Assembly: GCA_963705295.1 (NCBI GenBank)
Contig: OY970065.1
Coordinates: 1,536,001 to 1,600,000 of the forward strand
DNA length: 64,000 nucleotides
DNA from: Parachlamydiales bacterium
GTDB lineage: Bacteria; Chlamydiota; Chlamydiia; Chlamydiales; Rhabdochlamydiaceae
Reading direction: 5' to 3'
Within the stretch, counting starts at the first letter, position 1; each line of letters starts with the position of its first letter. The position numbers and the translations under genes were made by a program. The notes beneath the pieces are model-generated. The model was not told the origin of the DNA, did not search any database, and worked only from the letters and a program-made list of their open reading frames with translations. Positions 47,139-55,766 of the stretch are shown here, piece by piece.

Positions 47139-47825
47139 ATGGCTGTAGCGTTAAATCTAAATAACAGACGCTGGATAACTGTGAATGAGGTGGTCTCTCG
47201 TTTGGACGCCCTTGCAACTCGGATTTTCCCGAGGATTCAAGAACTCCCGACACGTTCCGAACGTTTCTCGGCTGTCTTTTGTATTCAAGTAGCGGGGCTC
47301 TCTATCTCCCTTATTACAGCTTTTCATGCCTCTACCGTTGCTGCTAGAATTTTTTCGACGTGGAAATGGCCTTCTTTATTGGATGTTTTTTTTCATTTGA
47401 TTTTAGCCTTCACGTTCGTCGTTTATTGCAATGCAACTCGGCAGATCATGAGACCTGATTCGAATGTCGAATTCTTTCGCACTCTTTTAACAAATTATCT
47501 TGCAAAACTCCCTAATAGAACCACCTTTTTGGAAGAACTTTCCGAGATGTCTGGAGATACCTTCACTAAATTCAAAGAAATGGCCCTAGAACACTTAATG
47601 GAATCTCCACATCCCTTGACGGCCGAAAATACTCCTCCTTTTGTCCATGAGCATCTAGAGGAACTGGAACAACTCCGTTTGGTCTATCAAAGCATGCTCG
47701 CTTCCGATCATCCGGAAGAACTCATCGGAGATATTTATAGAATAAGCGACAGCTTTATCTGGAGAACCCAACACCTCGGTGCTCGAGCTATCGTATCCGC
47801 TGTCTCTTGCCAGAGGCTCCTATGA
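47139..47825 (+). CDS. Hypothetical Inc-like two-TM protein
   Basis: Paired hydrophobic segments; AT-rich promoter. Confidence 0.72.
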   Translation: MAVALNLNNRRWITVNEVVSRLDALATRIFPRIQELPTRSERFSAVFCIQVAGLSISLITAFHASTVAARIFSTWKWPSLLDVFFHLILAFTFVVYCNATRQIMRPDSNVEFFRTLLTNYLAKLPNRTTFLEELSEMSGDTFTKFKEMALEHLMESPHPLTAENTPPFVHEHLEELEQLRLVYQSMLASDHPEELIGDIYRISDSFIWRTQHLGARAIVSAVSCQRLL

Positions 47826-48898
47826 CAAGTCGCATCGAAACAGAGAAAGGTTCTCCAGAATCTCCCCAAAATGAGCATGCATCTCTAGTCGATTCAAATA
47901 TGATCCCAAAAAATCCTCCAGCTGCAGCAACTCCGATGCCCCCAGTTTCCTTTGAGAAGACCAAGGAAGATGCCACACGGATTGTTACAACACTTCTCGA
48001 TCTTTTGATCACCCAATTGAAGGGTAGAAAATATTCCCACGAACTCCGATTTTTAAAAGCCGTGCGTGCAAAAAAATCGGTCTTGAATGGAGTCACTATT
48101 TTGGAACTTAAAAATAATCTTCGATCGATCATCGAAGTTTTGGCGAGACACCTAAAAAATGTCGATTTGGAAGATCTGATCCCTGTTGAACGTTCCCTGG
48201 AAGGAAATCACCCTGTCAGAAAATTCTTCAACCAGATGGAACAACTGATCGAAGTCTATCAATATGAAGACGACGCCGATATTTCTGATGAAGTGACTGC
48301 CTCTGAAATGTTTTTAGATTGCTCTTCTGCGTGCATCTTAAATGGATTTATTGGAGAAGGAATTCGAATTGCAGAGAAGATTACGGACCGTATCGCAAAG
48401 ACCACGGCTTGGACACAGATTGTTCAAATTCTCTGTATCTTTGAATTTTATGAAAAAGCCTTAGAAATTGCATATAAAATTGGAGATGAATTTAAAAGCG
48501 AGAAGGGTTCGGCACTGCTTCAAATTGCCCTCTCCCTTTACGGAAAAAAACGACTGATCGATAGTTTATATGTCGCAAAGCAGATCCCCCATACACATTT
48601 TAGAGGCCTTATTTTTCAACCCCTCATCCATGCCTTTTTGGGTGAAGCCAACTATGAAAAAGCGATGGAATGTGTTCAGTTTCTACCCACCTATTCTCAG
48701 CAAAAATGTATGATGGAAATGATCTTGAGAGATCTCTGTCTCGCAGGTAAAATTGAAGAGTGCGATAAACTGATCACAGCTATCAAAGACCCTCGCATCC
48801 GATCTTTAACCGTGCGCGATTTTGAGCAAATCAAACTCCTCAATTTCTGCACTTCTGGCAGCTCCGACGAATTCGTCGAAATGACGACTAGTTATTAA
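47822..48898 (+). CDS. Hypothetical protein with helical (TPR-like) C-terminal repeats
   Basis: ATGA overlap; Pro/Ser-rich N-terminus; A..IA.KI.D repeats; stop lies inside the MITE A4 end. Confidence 0.78.
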   Translation: MTSRIETEKGSPESPQNEHASLVDSNMIPKNPPAAATPMPPVSFEKTKEDATRIVTTLLDLLITQLKGRKYSHELRFLKAVRAKKSVLNGVTILELKNNLRSIIEVLARHLKNVDLEDLIPVERSLEGNHPVRKFFNQMEQLIEVYQYEDDADISDEVTASEMFLDCSSACILNGFIGEGIRIAEKITDRIAKTTAWTQIVQILCIFEFYEKALEIAYKIGDEFKSEKGSALLQIALSLYGKKRLIDSLYVAKQIPHTHFRGLIFQPLIHAFLGEANYEKAMECVQFLPTYSQQKCMMEMILRDLCLAGKIEECDKLITAIKDPRIRSLTVRDFEQIKLLNFCTSGSSDEFVEMTTSY

Positions 48899-49055
48899 CG
48901 GGGCTGGTAAACAAGTGACAAGATGCGCTGCGAGGCAAAGCCAGATTGATTCTCGCGAGGAATAACATTCTTGAATACGAAGGATTCCGAGCGAGAATCG
49001 ATATGGCGAAGCCGCAGCAAGCAGGTTGTCACTTGTTTACCAGCCCCGTTAATAA
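48892..49055. mobile_element. Palindromic element family A, copy 4
   Basis: Near-identical to 11210-11376. Confidence 0.92.
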
Positions 49056-49168
49056 TAAGAAGATTTACCACCGAGCACAGCTCCGAGTATGTGGAGTTAG
49101 GACGTATCTGAAAAATTTTTATTCACTAAAAAAAAGTTTCAGCATATCTTTTTTAAAAAGGAGATTTT

Positions 49169-51814
49169 ATGGATTTTAAAAGACAAGCAATCGGTTTCGG
49201 TATTTCACTAGCACTTGTCATCCCATGTGGGTTATGGGGAGAAAGCGTTCAGACAACGAATATAAAGACCCAATACGGTAAAAAGAAAAATAAAACTTCG
49301 GGCTCTCTTCAAGATCATCAGAAAAAGAAAAATATCTACGATTTCGTTGTAGTTGGAGCTGGCAATGCGGGATGTGTAATAGCTAAGCGTTTGAGTGAAA
49401 ACGGCAAATATTCCGTTTGTTTGCTCGAAGCTGGACGCGATGATGCCCGTTTGCCGGAGCTACTTCCTGAGCCTTCTTCTGCTGATGTGCCACAGCCTGG
49501 GGACTTTCACTGGGGACAATATGTTCGTGCGACACAGCTAGCAGGTGAGCTTACTAACCGTGGATTTGGACAGTGGTGGTTTTATCAAACAACAAATAGT
49601 CGGCCCAATAATGTAACAAGTACCAGTTACAAAAGGTATTCAGGCTTTGGAGGATGTACTTCACATAATAGTGGGGCTACTCTTCGAAACGCCCCTTATA
49701 ACTGGAACGAATGGGCAGCCCTTGGTCTTACTGAATGGAGCGGAGGTAGTGCGCCTCTTTATCTAGATAGTCCGCTTATTAAGTATTACAAGAAGATGGA
49801 AAATCGATCTCAGGCATTGTTTGGTACAGCTTTCAAATTTTATGATCCTTCTTTGCCTCCAGGAAGTCCGGGTGGTTTTGATCCGGCCTACTACGGGTTT
49901 GATGGGATGGTGCCCTTAAATCTAGATGATTCAGCATTAGCAGTAACATTGCTTGAAATTATTTTAACAACACCTTCTCTCGCTCGTTTTGGGTACCCGC
50001 CAAATCTTGTAGACTTTGACTATCCCCCAACAGCGGCTCTTGGAGGAGTTGGTTTTCAACAGGTAACCAATCTTTTTCAAATTGACGATTCAACGATTAC
50101 AATACCCGGAACGGCACCAGCTCCTGGTGATTTTTCCAACAATGTTCCTGTGTCTTTATACAACCCTTATGGGGATGTAGGATTCAAAGTCCCGGTAGAA
50201 TATCAGCGCTTAAACGACCCTACTCTTGATCCTTCAGCCTTATTCATTACGCAAAGATCTAGCGCGGCTAATACTTATCTCTATGCGGCTCAAAAAACAC
50301 GGAATGCCAATCTGAAGATCAAATCGGAAGTTTTGGTGACCAACTTGATCATGTCGGGAAAAAAGGCGAAGGGTGTCGAGTACTTAAAAGGTTGGAATAT
50401 CTATCAGACCGGACGCAATCCGAATACGATGGATGGAGGATATGGTGGAACGGTAGCTGATGCCAAGTTAAATGGTATTACTGCGCTAGAGAAGGGTAAA
50501 AAACAAGTGTATGCAAGAAAGGCTGTTATTCTCTGTGCAGGTGTTTACAACACCCCTCAGATCTTGATGCTTTCTGGTATTGGAAATAAGCGTGACTTGA
50601 AAGAAGTAGGAATTAAACCCATCCACCATTTACCGGGTGTAGGAAAGCATCTCATCGATGCTCAGGAGCTGTTTATATTTTGGCAGTCACCCACTTCCCT
50701 ACCTCCAAATAGTCTAGGTCAATTAGCGGCTTTCACAAATCCTACTGACTCCCCAAATGGGATTCCTCCAACTTTCGATATCAGTATTTCCAATATCCTC
50801 CCAGCTTTTGATCAAAATCTTGAATCGATAGATGAATTTGTTCAAAAATCATGGATAGGACTTCGCAGCCTTCCAGCAACCCTTAACGCAAATACACGGA
50901 ATGCTTTCGAAAATATCTTGTTGAATCCCTCAAACCCAACTGCAAATCCTGCTCCCATTCCCGTGACATTTGTGTCAAAAATATCGCCTATACCCCCAGA
51001 AACAGGTCCATGGTTGGTAACTTTCTCCATTCCTTCCTCAACTGTATCTCAAGGCGGGTACACCATCGCTGGAAATTCAAACCCCAACTATGATGGAAAG
51101 TTTACTGCGACGAACATTAGTGGCAACAACATTCCCGATGTGACTTCTATTACTCTTTCATATCCTTTAGATCCGGGTATCTTTGGCTCTGGAGAGACTA
51201 CGATCACGGGTGATCCAGCATTTTTACCTATCATGATATCACCGGATCAAGTCCTAGGAATACTTATCGAACAAGAAGAACATAATCGATCGGAAGGTTA
51301 CGTAAAACTCCAGTCATCCGATCCAACAGTTCCTCCCCTAATTTTTATGAATTATTTGAGTAATCCACGAGATTTTCGGGACTGGAAAAGTGTCATGATG
51401 AACACGGTTTTTCCGATTATGGAGCAACTACCAGCTTTTGGTCTTTTTAGTAACCTTTTGTGGCCGGCTCCAGCTGACATATTGAAACCAGGTTTTACAA
51501 CCTTCAGCGTGGCTAATGTCGATGATTCGCCTGGCGGAAGGTTAGACCAATTCCTACTCAATTATGTCGGTGGACACCATGCCATGGGAACATGCAAAAT
51601 GGGCACTTCTTGCGATCGAAAGGCCGTAGTCGATCAGCACGGCGCTGTCCACGGGATCAAGCACCTCTATATTGCGGATATGAGTGTGGTGCCCGTGAGT
51701 GTCCGCTGGCCTAATGGTACAGCCTATGTCATTGCGGAAAAAATCGCAGATGATATTTTGACCGCTTATTCTAGCGACAAGAAGAATTCAAAGCTTGAAA
51801 AGAGAAAAAAGTGA
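49169..51814 (+). CDS. Exported GMC (glucose-methanol-choline) oxidoreductase with inserted domain
   Basis: Signal peptide, VVGAGNAG, GGCTSHN, TPQILMLSGIG, GGHHAMGTCKMG, ADMSVVP..WPN. Confidence 0.92.
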   Translation: MDFKRQAIGFGISLALVIPCGLWGESVQTTNIKTQYGKKKNKTSGSLQDHQKKKNIYDFVVVGAGNAGCVIAKRLSENGKYSVCLLEAGRDDARLPELLPEPSSADVPQPGDFHWGQYVRATQLAGELTNRGFGQWWFYQTTNSRPNNVTSTSYKRYSGFGGCTSHNSGATLRNAPYNWNEWAALGLTEWSGGSAPLYLDSPLIKYYKKMENRSQALFGTAFKFYDPSLPPGSPGGFDPAYYGFDGMVPLNLDDSALAVTLLEIILTTPSLARFGYPPNLVDFDYPPTAALGGVGFQQVTNLFQIDDSTITIPGTAPAPGDFSNNVPVSLYNPYGDVGFKVPVEYQRLNDPTLDPSALFITQRSSAANTYLYAAQKTRNANLKIKSEVLVTNLIMSGKKAKGVEYLKGWNIYQTGRNPNTMDGGYGGTVADAKLNGITALEKGKKQVYARKAVILCAGVYNTPQILMLSGIGNKRDLKEVGIKPIHHLPGVGKHLIDAQELFIFWQSPTSLPPNSLGQLAAFTNPTDSPNGIPPTFDISISNILPAFDQNLESIDEFVQKSWIGLRSLPATLNANTRNAFENILLNPSNPTANPAPIPVTFVSKISPIPPETGPWLVTFSIPSSTVSQGGYTIAGNSNPNYDGKFTATNISGNNIPDVTSITLSYPLDPGIFGSGETTITGDPAFLPIMISPDQVLGILIEQEEHNRSEGYVKLQSSDPTVPPLIFMNYLSNPRDFRDWKSVMMNTVFPIMEQLPAFGLFSNLLWPAPADILKPGFTTFSVANVDDSPGGRLDQFLLNYVGGHHAMGTCKMGTSCDRKAVVDQHGAVHGIKHLYIADMSVVPVSVRWPNGTAYVIAEKIADDILTAYSSDKKNSKLEKRKK

Positions 51815-51905
51815 GTCATCGTAGCGATAACCAGTGAACAGTCCCTTCATTAATATCAAATTGGCTTTGTCTTCCTGGCGTATATTGTCTCTTTTTTGCC
51901 GCTCG

Positions 51906-52091
51906 TTATTAGCCCGACGGGCAAAAAGGTGACCCAAAGGGTGACAATATGCGTCAGCGAACTCCTGTCAGAGCGAAGCGTTAGCGGTCCGACCGACGAG
52001 GACCCCATCGATAGGTTAGGGCGAGGAGGAGGATCGATCTGGCAGGAGTGCAGCAAGCAGATTGTCACCTGTTTGCCTGTTGGGTTAATAA
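51906..52091. mobile_element. Palindromic element family B, copy 2
   Basis: Reverse complement of 27937-28122 with a divergent inner hairpin. Confidence 0.9.
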
Positions 52092-52121
52092 TCAACCCAT
52101 GAAAACTTTTATGGTTAGGTA

Positions 52122-53018
52122 CTAGTTAATAATGACTTTGTTGCTTTCTTTGAGATTGAAAGAGTTCACGAAGATTTCGTGCTGCTGGTTGCGGGGCGTG
52201 TCGGGGTAGTAAGTGACCATGAGGCGGTAGAGGGTGTTGCCGACGAGGATGAGGCGGCCTTCGATTTCGTTATCCCCTTCTTTCATTTTGAAGTCCATCG
52301 CGGGGTAGCTTTTGTGTTTGACGATTTTTTTATCGATCAGCTTGGTTCCAGGCATGTGATCTAAAACGACATTCATGGCACCTTTGAGAAGGGTGTTCGA
52401 GCTGAAAAGTTTCCATTTTTTTGGAAGATCGATGTAGCTGACGGAGAAAGTGGCTTCTTTTTCGGCTTTATATTCATTGAGATTGAGGGGTTCGCCATTG
52501 GGGGCTTCGTAGGTCTTGGAGACAGCTTCTGGTTTTTTGGGAAACTGAACGGTGAACTTGCCATTATCAGAGAGGTATTCAATCCACCCCTTGCCGGCGA
52601 CCGATTGTTCATAGTGGATGGCGACGTCGGTGATGTCTTTTCCAAGGAAGAGGGCACTGCCGGCAGTCGAGGCGATCATGAGGGCTATCAGGTACCTCCA
52701 ATGAGAGATCTTTTGGGAAACGAGGGTGCCAGCCCTTTTTCCTAAAAAGAATGCCCTTTTGAACGACTCTTTCCAAGTGAGGGAGGGAATCGAGATTCCA
52801 AAAAGTTTTTTACCAGGTGTGGTCCCTTTCCATTTGAGTAGGATGGCTTCGATCGGCGCCCAAACGAATGGAACGGCAAGGGCAAAGAGGAAATAGAACG
52901 TTTCGGGTATTTCGAAGGGTAACAAGAGAGATATAAAGACCGAGCAGAAATAAAACAGCCCGTAATCCATTAAACGAGCTAAAAATCTTCTTAAAAATAA
53001 AAACATATTAACCATCAT
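52122..53018 (-). CDS. RDD family membrane protein with extracytoplasmic C-domain
   Basis: RRFLARLMDY, GTTPGKKLFGI; FTVQFPKKP...FVNSF. Confidence 0.85.
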   Translation of the reverse strand: MMVNMFLFLRRFLARLMDYGLFYFCSVFISLLLPFEIPETFYFLFALAVPFVWAPIEAILLKWKGTTPGKKLFGISIPSLTWKESFKRAFFLGKRAGTLVSQKISHWRYLIALMIASTAGSALFLGKDITDVAIHYEQSVAGKGWIEYLSDNGKFTVQFPKKPEAVSKTYEAPNGEPLNLNEYKAEKEATFSVSYIDLPKKWKLFSSNTLLKGAMNVVLDHMPGTKLIDKKIVKHKSYPAMDFKMKEGDNEIEGRLILVGNTLYRLMVTYYPDTPRNQQHEIFVNSFNLKESNKVIIN

Positions 53019-53141
53019 TCTAATCGGTTTTAGAGTTTTTTTCCAGCGAAACATCTGTAAAGTTAAAATTTTAATTTACATCCTTGCAGGAGAATAACCT
53101 GTTCAGGCAGAATGAGTCAAATTTTTTGGGTGAGTTATACT

Positions 53142-55028
53142 ATGCGAAGATCGATCTGTGTTTGTGAGCCCATGGCATGTTTTGCCGGGGAAATGGGGAC
53201 ATTCCGCTTTGTCTATACCCCTGCGGTCAACCTACCCAAAGGGGCCAAGCTGAGGTTCGATCTAGCGACGCGCGGCCGTCCCATCGATTGGGAACTTCCC
53301 CAAACCAATGTCAAAATAAAGAAGAACCTGATTTGGGCGCAAATGCCTGACAATAAGGGCCTTATGGCGAAGGCGATCGAGAAAGCCGATTCATGGGAAA
53401 CGGTTTATGAGTTTACATTGCAGCAAGAAATCAAGGCTGGCGACAATTTCATCATTTACATGGGATCACCCCTAAAAGGGAGAGAAAATGGGAGCCGGTG
53501 TCAGCTGAATGTGCAGCGGAGACGTCCTTTCAATCTATTCATCGACCCGCGCGGCAAAGGAGATTTCAAGGAGCAAGAGGTGTTCCACATCGATGTCCGT
53601 GGCAACATGCTCGAAAATATTCGGATCATTGCTCCGTCTCTCGTTGCCAAAAACAAACGGTTCGATGTGCTGGTCCGGTTCGAAGACAAATACGGCAACC
53701 TCACGAATTACGCTCCGGAAGGAAGCTTGATCGAGCTGAGCTATGAAAATCAGCGGGAAAATCTCAACTGGAAGCTGTTCATTCCTGAGACCGGTTTTAT
53801 CAACCTGCCTAATCTTTATTTCAACGAAGCCGGAGTTTATAAGATTCAACTCCTCAACTTAAAGACCGGCGATAAATATTATTCTTCTCCGATCAAATGT
53901 CTCCCTGAATCGAGCACGATTATCTGCTGGGGAGTGTTTCATGGAGAATCGGAAAAGAACGACTCGGTGGAAAATATCGAAGCGTGTTTGAGAGAGTTTC
54001 GGGATGAAAAAGCGCTCCAGTTTTATTCGACATCTCCGTTTGAAGAAGAAACGTCTCCTGAGGCGTGGAAACAGATCAACCTCCAAGTTGCTGAATTTAG
54101 TGAAGAGCAGCGGTTTTGCGCCTTTCTTGGGTTTCAATACCCTTCCGATGAGGGCTTGAGGCAGATTGTCTATCTCAAAGACAGCAAACCCCTCCATCGA
54201 AAAAAAGAAGCCAAGAGCAATGTTCTTTCAAAAGTCTACAAATCGATGAGTCCAAAAGAGGCGTTTGCGATTCCTTCTTTCACCATGGGAAAAGGGTTCC
54301 AGACCAATTTTTCACACTTTGATCCCGATTTTGAAAAAGTCGTCGAAATCTACAACGCCTGGGGTTCTTCCGAATGTTCAGCGAAAGAGGGAAATCCTCG
54401 TCCAATTAAATCGAGCTCGAAAAAAGGAATCCAAGAAACCGAGACCGGTTCGGTATTAAACGGTTTAAAGAAAAATTGCCGTTTTGGATTTGTCGCGGGC
54501 GGCCTCGATGATCGAGGGATCTATGCCGACTTTTTTGAGCACGGGCAGGAACAATATACCCCCGGTCTCACCGCTGTGTTATCGGCCGATCAAACCAAGG
54601 AAGCCATTGTCCAGGCTATCACTAGACGGTCGTGCTACGCAACAACCGGCGAGAGAATCATTGTTGGCATTAACATTGCTGGAACGTCTATGGGCGGAGA
54701 GTTGAATACCAAGATTAAACCGGGTCTCGTCTTCAACAGGCATATCATTGTGTATGCCGCAGGGACTGCTCCCTTGAAAGAAATTGTTTTGATTCGGAAT
54801 GGAGTCGCCATCAAGAAATTTAATACAAAAGAGTATTTCATCGATTTTACCTATGACGACGCCGAGCATCTTTCCAAATGCGTTCTGGAAGGATCTGAAG
54901 GAAAGCCACACTTTTGTTTCTATTATCTGCGCGTCATGCAGCAAGATGGGCATATGGCGTGGAGCTCTCCCATCTGGATCGATTACCCCGAGCACCAAGA
55001 ATCGTTACCGCCTAAAAAGAAGAAATGA
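53142..55028 (+). CDS. DUF3604 family PHP-like protein
   Basis: WGVFHGES, VEIYNAWGSSE, GFVAGGLDD, RRSCYATTG, YYLRV.Q.DGHMAWSSPIW. Confidence 0.88.
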   Translation: MRRSICVCEPMACFAGEMGTFRFVYTPAVNLPKGAKLRFDLATRGRPIDWELPQTNVKIKKNLIWAQMPDNKGLMAKAIEKADSWETVYEFTLQQEIKAGDNFIIYMGSPLKGRENGSRCQLNVQRRRPFNLFIDPRGKGDFKEQEVFHIDVRGNMLENIRIIAPSLVAKNKRFDVLVRFEDKYGNLTNYAPEGSLIELSYENQRENLNWKLFIPETGFINLPNLYFNEAGVYKIQLLNLKTGDKYYSSPIKCLPESSTIICWGVFHGESEKNDSVENIEACLREFRDEKALQFYSTSPFEEETSPEAWKQINLQVAEFSEEQRFCAFLGFQYPSDEGLRQIVYLKDSKPLHRKKEAKSNVLSKVYKSMSPKEAFAIPSFTMGKGFQTNFSHFDPDFEKVVEIYNAWGSSECSAKEGNPRPIKSSSKKGIQETETGSVLNGLKKNCRFGFVAGGLDDRGIYADFFEHGQEQYTPGLTAVLSADQTKEAIVQAITRRSCYATTGERIIVGINIAGTSMGGELNTKIKPGLVFNRHIIVYAAGTAPLKEIVLIRNGVAIKKFNTKEYFIDFTYDDAEHLSKCVLEGSEGKPHFCFYYLRVMQQDGHMAWSSPIWIDYPEHQESLPPKKKK

Positions 55029-55050
55029 TAAGGAAAGAGGGATAGGATTT

Positions 55051-55148
55051 TTAACCACCGAGCACACCGAGATCACCGAGGCGGCTTCGCCGCAAAAGAA
55101 TCTCTTCCTCTGCATTTTCTCGGTGATCTCGGTGTGCTCGGTGGTTTA
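55051..55148. repeat. REP-like palindromic repeat, family C copy 2
   Basis: Near-identical to 2541-2639. Confidence 0.9.
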
Positions 55149-55172
55149 TTTCTTCCTCTTTAAATTAATGAT

Positions 55173-55766
55173 ATGAAGCCGATTATTTTAGGGAGTCAGT
55201 CGCCGCGCCGGAGAGATATTTTAGATTATTTCTCGCTCCCGTTTATTCAGGTGGGATCGAACTTCGATGAAGAATCGGTTCCTTTCGAGGGAGATCCAGG
55301 CCGGCATGCGATGTTGTTGTCGCAGAAAAAAGCCGAGGTCATTGCCGCAAAGTATCCTGAGGATGTGATCTTGACGGCGGATAGCGTGGTGTATTGCGAA
55401 GGAAAATTGTACAACAAACCGGCCGATGAGCGTGAGGCGCGTGACTTTTTACGCCATCTGTGTGGTCGGTGGCAAAGTGTTTTCACCGGTGTGACGGAGA
55501 GAAGAGGAAGGGAGGGTTTTTCTGACGTGGCAGAGACGAGGCTCCTTTTTCACGACTTGACACCGGAGCAGATCAAACAATTCCATCTCCACTGCTACTT
55601 TCTCGACAAGGCGGGCGGATATACCATTGAGAAAAATGGGAATTTAATTGTTTCCAGGTTAGAGGGATGTTATTACAATGTTCTCGGACTGCCGATCAAC
55701 ACTGTCCAGAAATTACTTCTCAAGGTAGGCATTGATCTATGGGATTTTTTCAAAAGCTTTCCCTGA
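55173..55766 (+). CDS. maf: Maf family nucleoside triphosphate pyrophosphatase
   Basis: ILGSQSPRR, TADSVV..NKP, DKAGGY, NVLGLP. Confidence 0.96.
   Translation: MKPIILGSQSPRRRDILDYFSLPFIQVGSNFDEESVPFEGDPGRHAMLLSQKKAEVIAAKYPEDVILTADSVVYCEGKLYNKPADEREARDFLRHLCGRWQSVFTGVTERRGREGFSDVAETRLLFHDLTPEQIKQFHLHCYFLDKAGGYTIEKNGNLIVSRLEGCYYNVLGLPINTVQKLLLKVGIDLWDFFKSFP

Noticed and set aside
11210..52091. Canonical integron attC array
   Set aside because: Ends do not fit RYYYAAC/GTTRRRY, there is no unpaired spacer or L box, orientations are mixed, copies are dispersed and no intI is in the window
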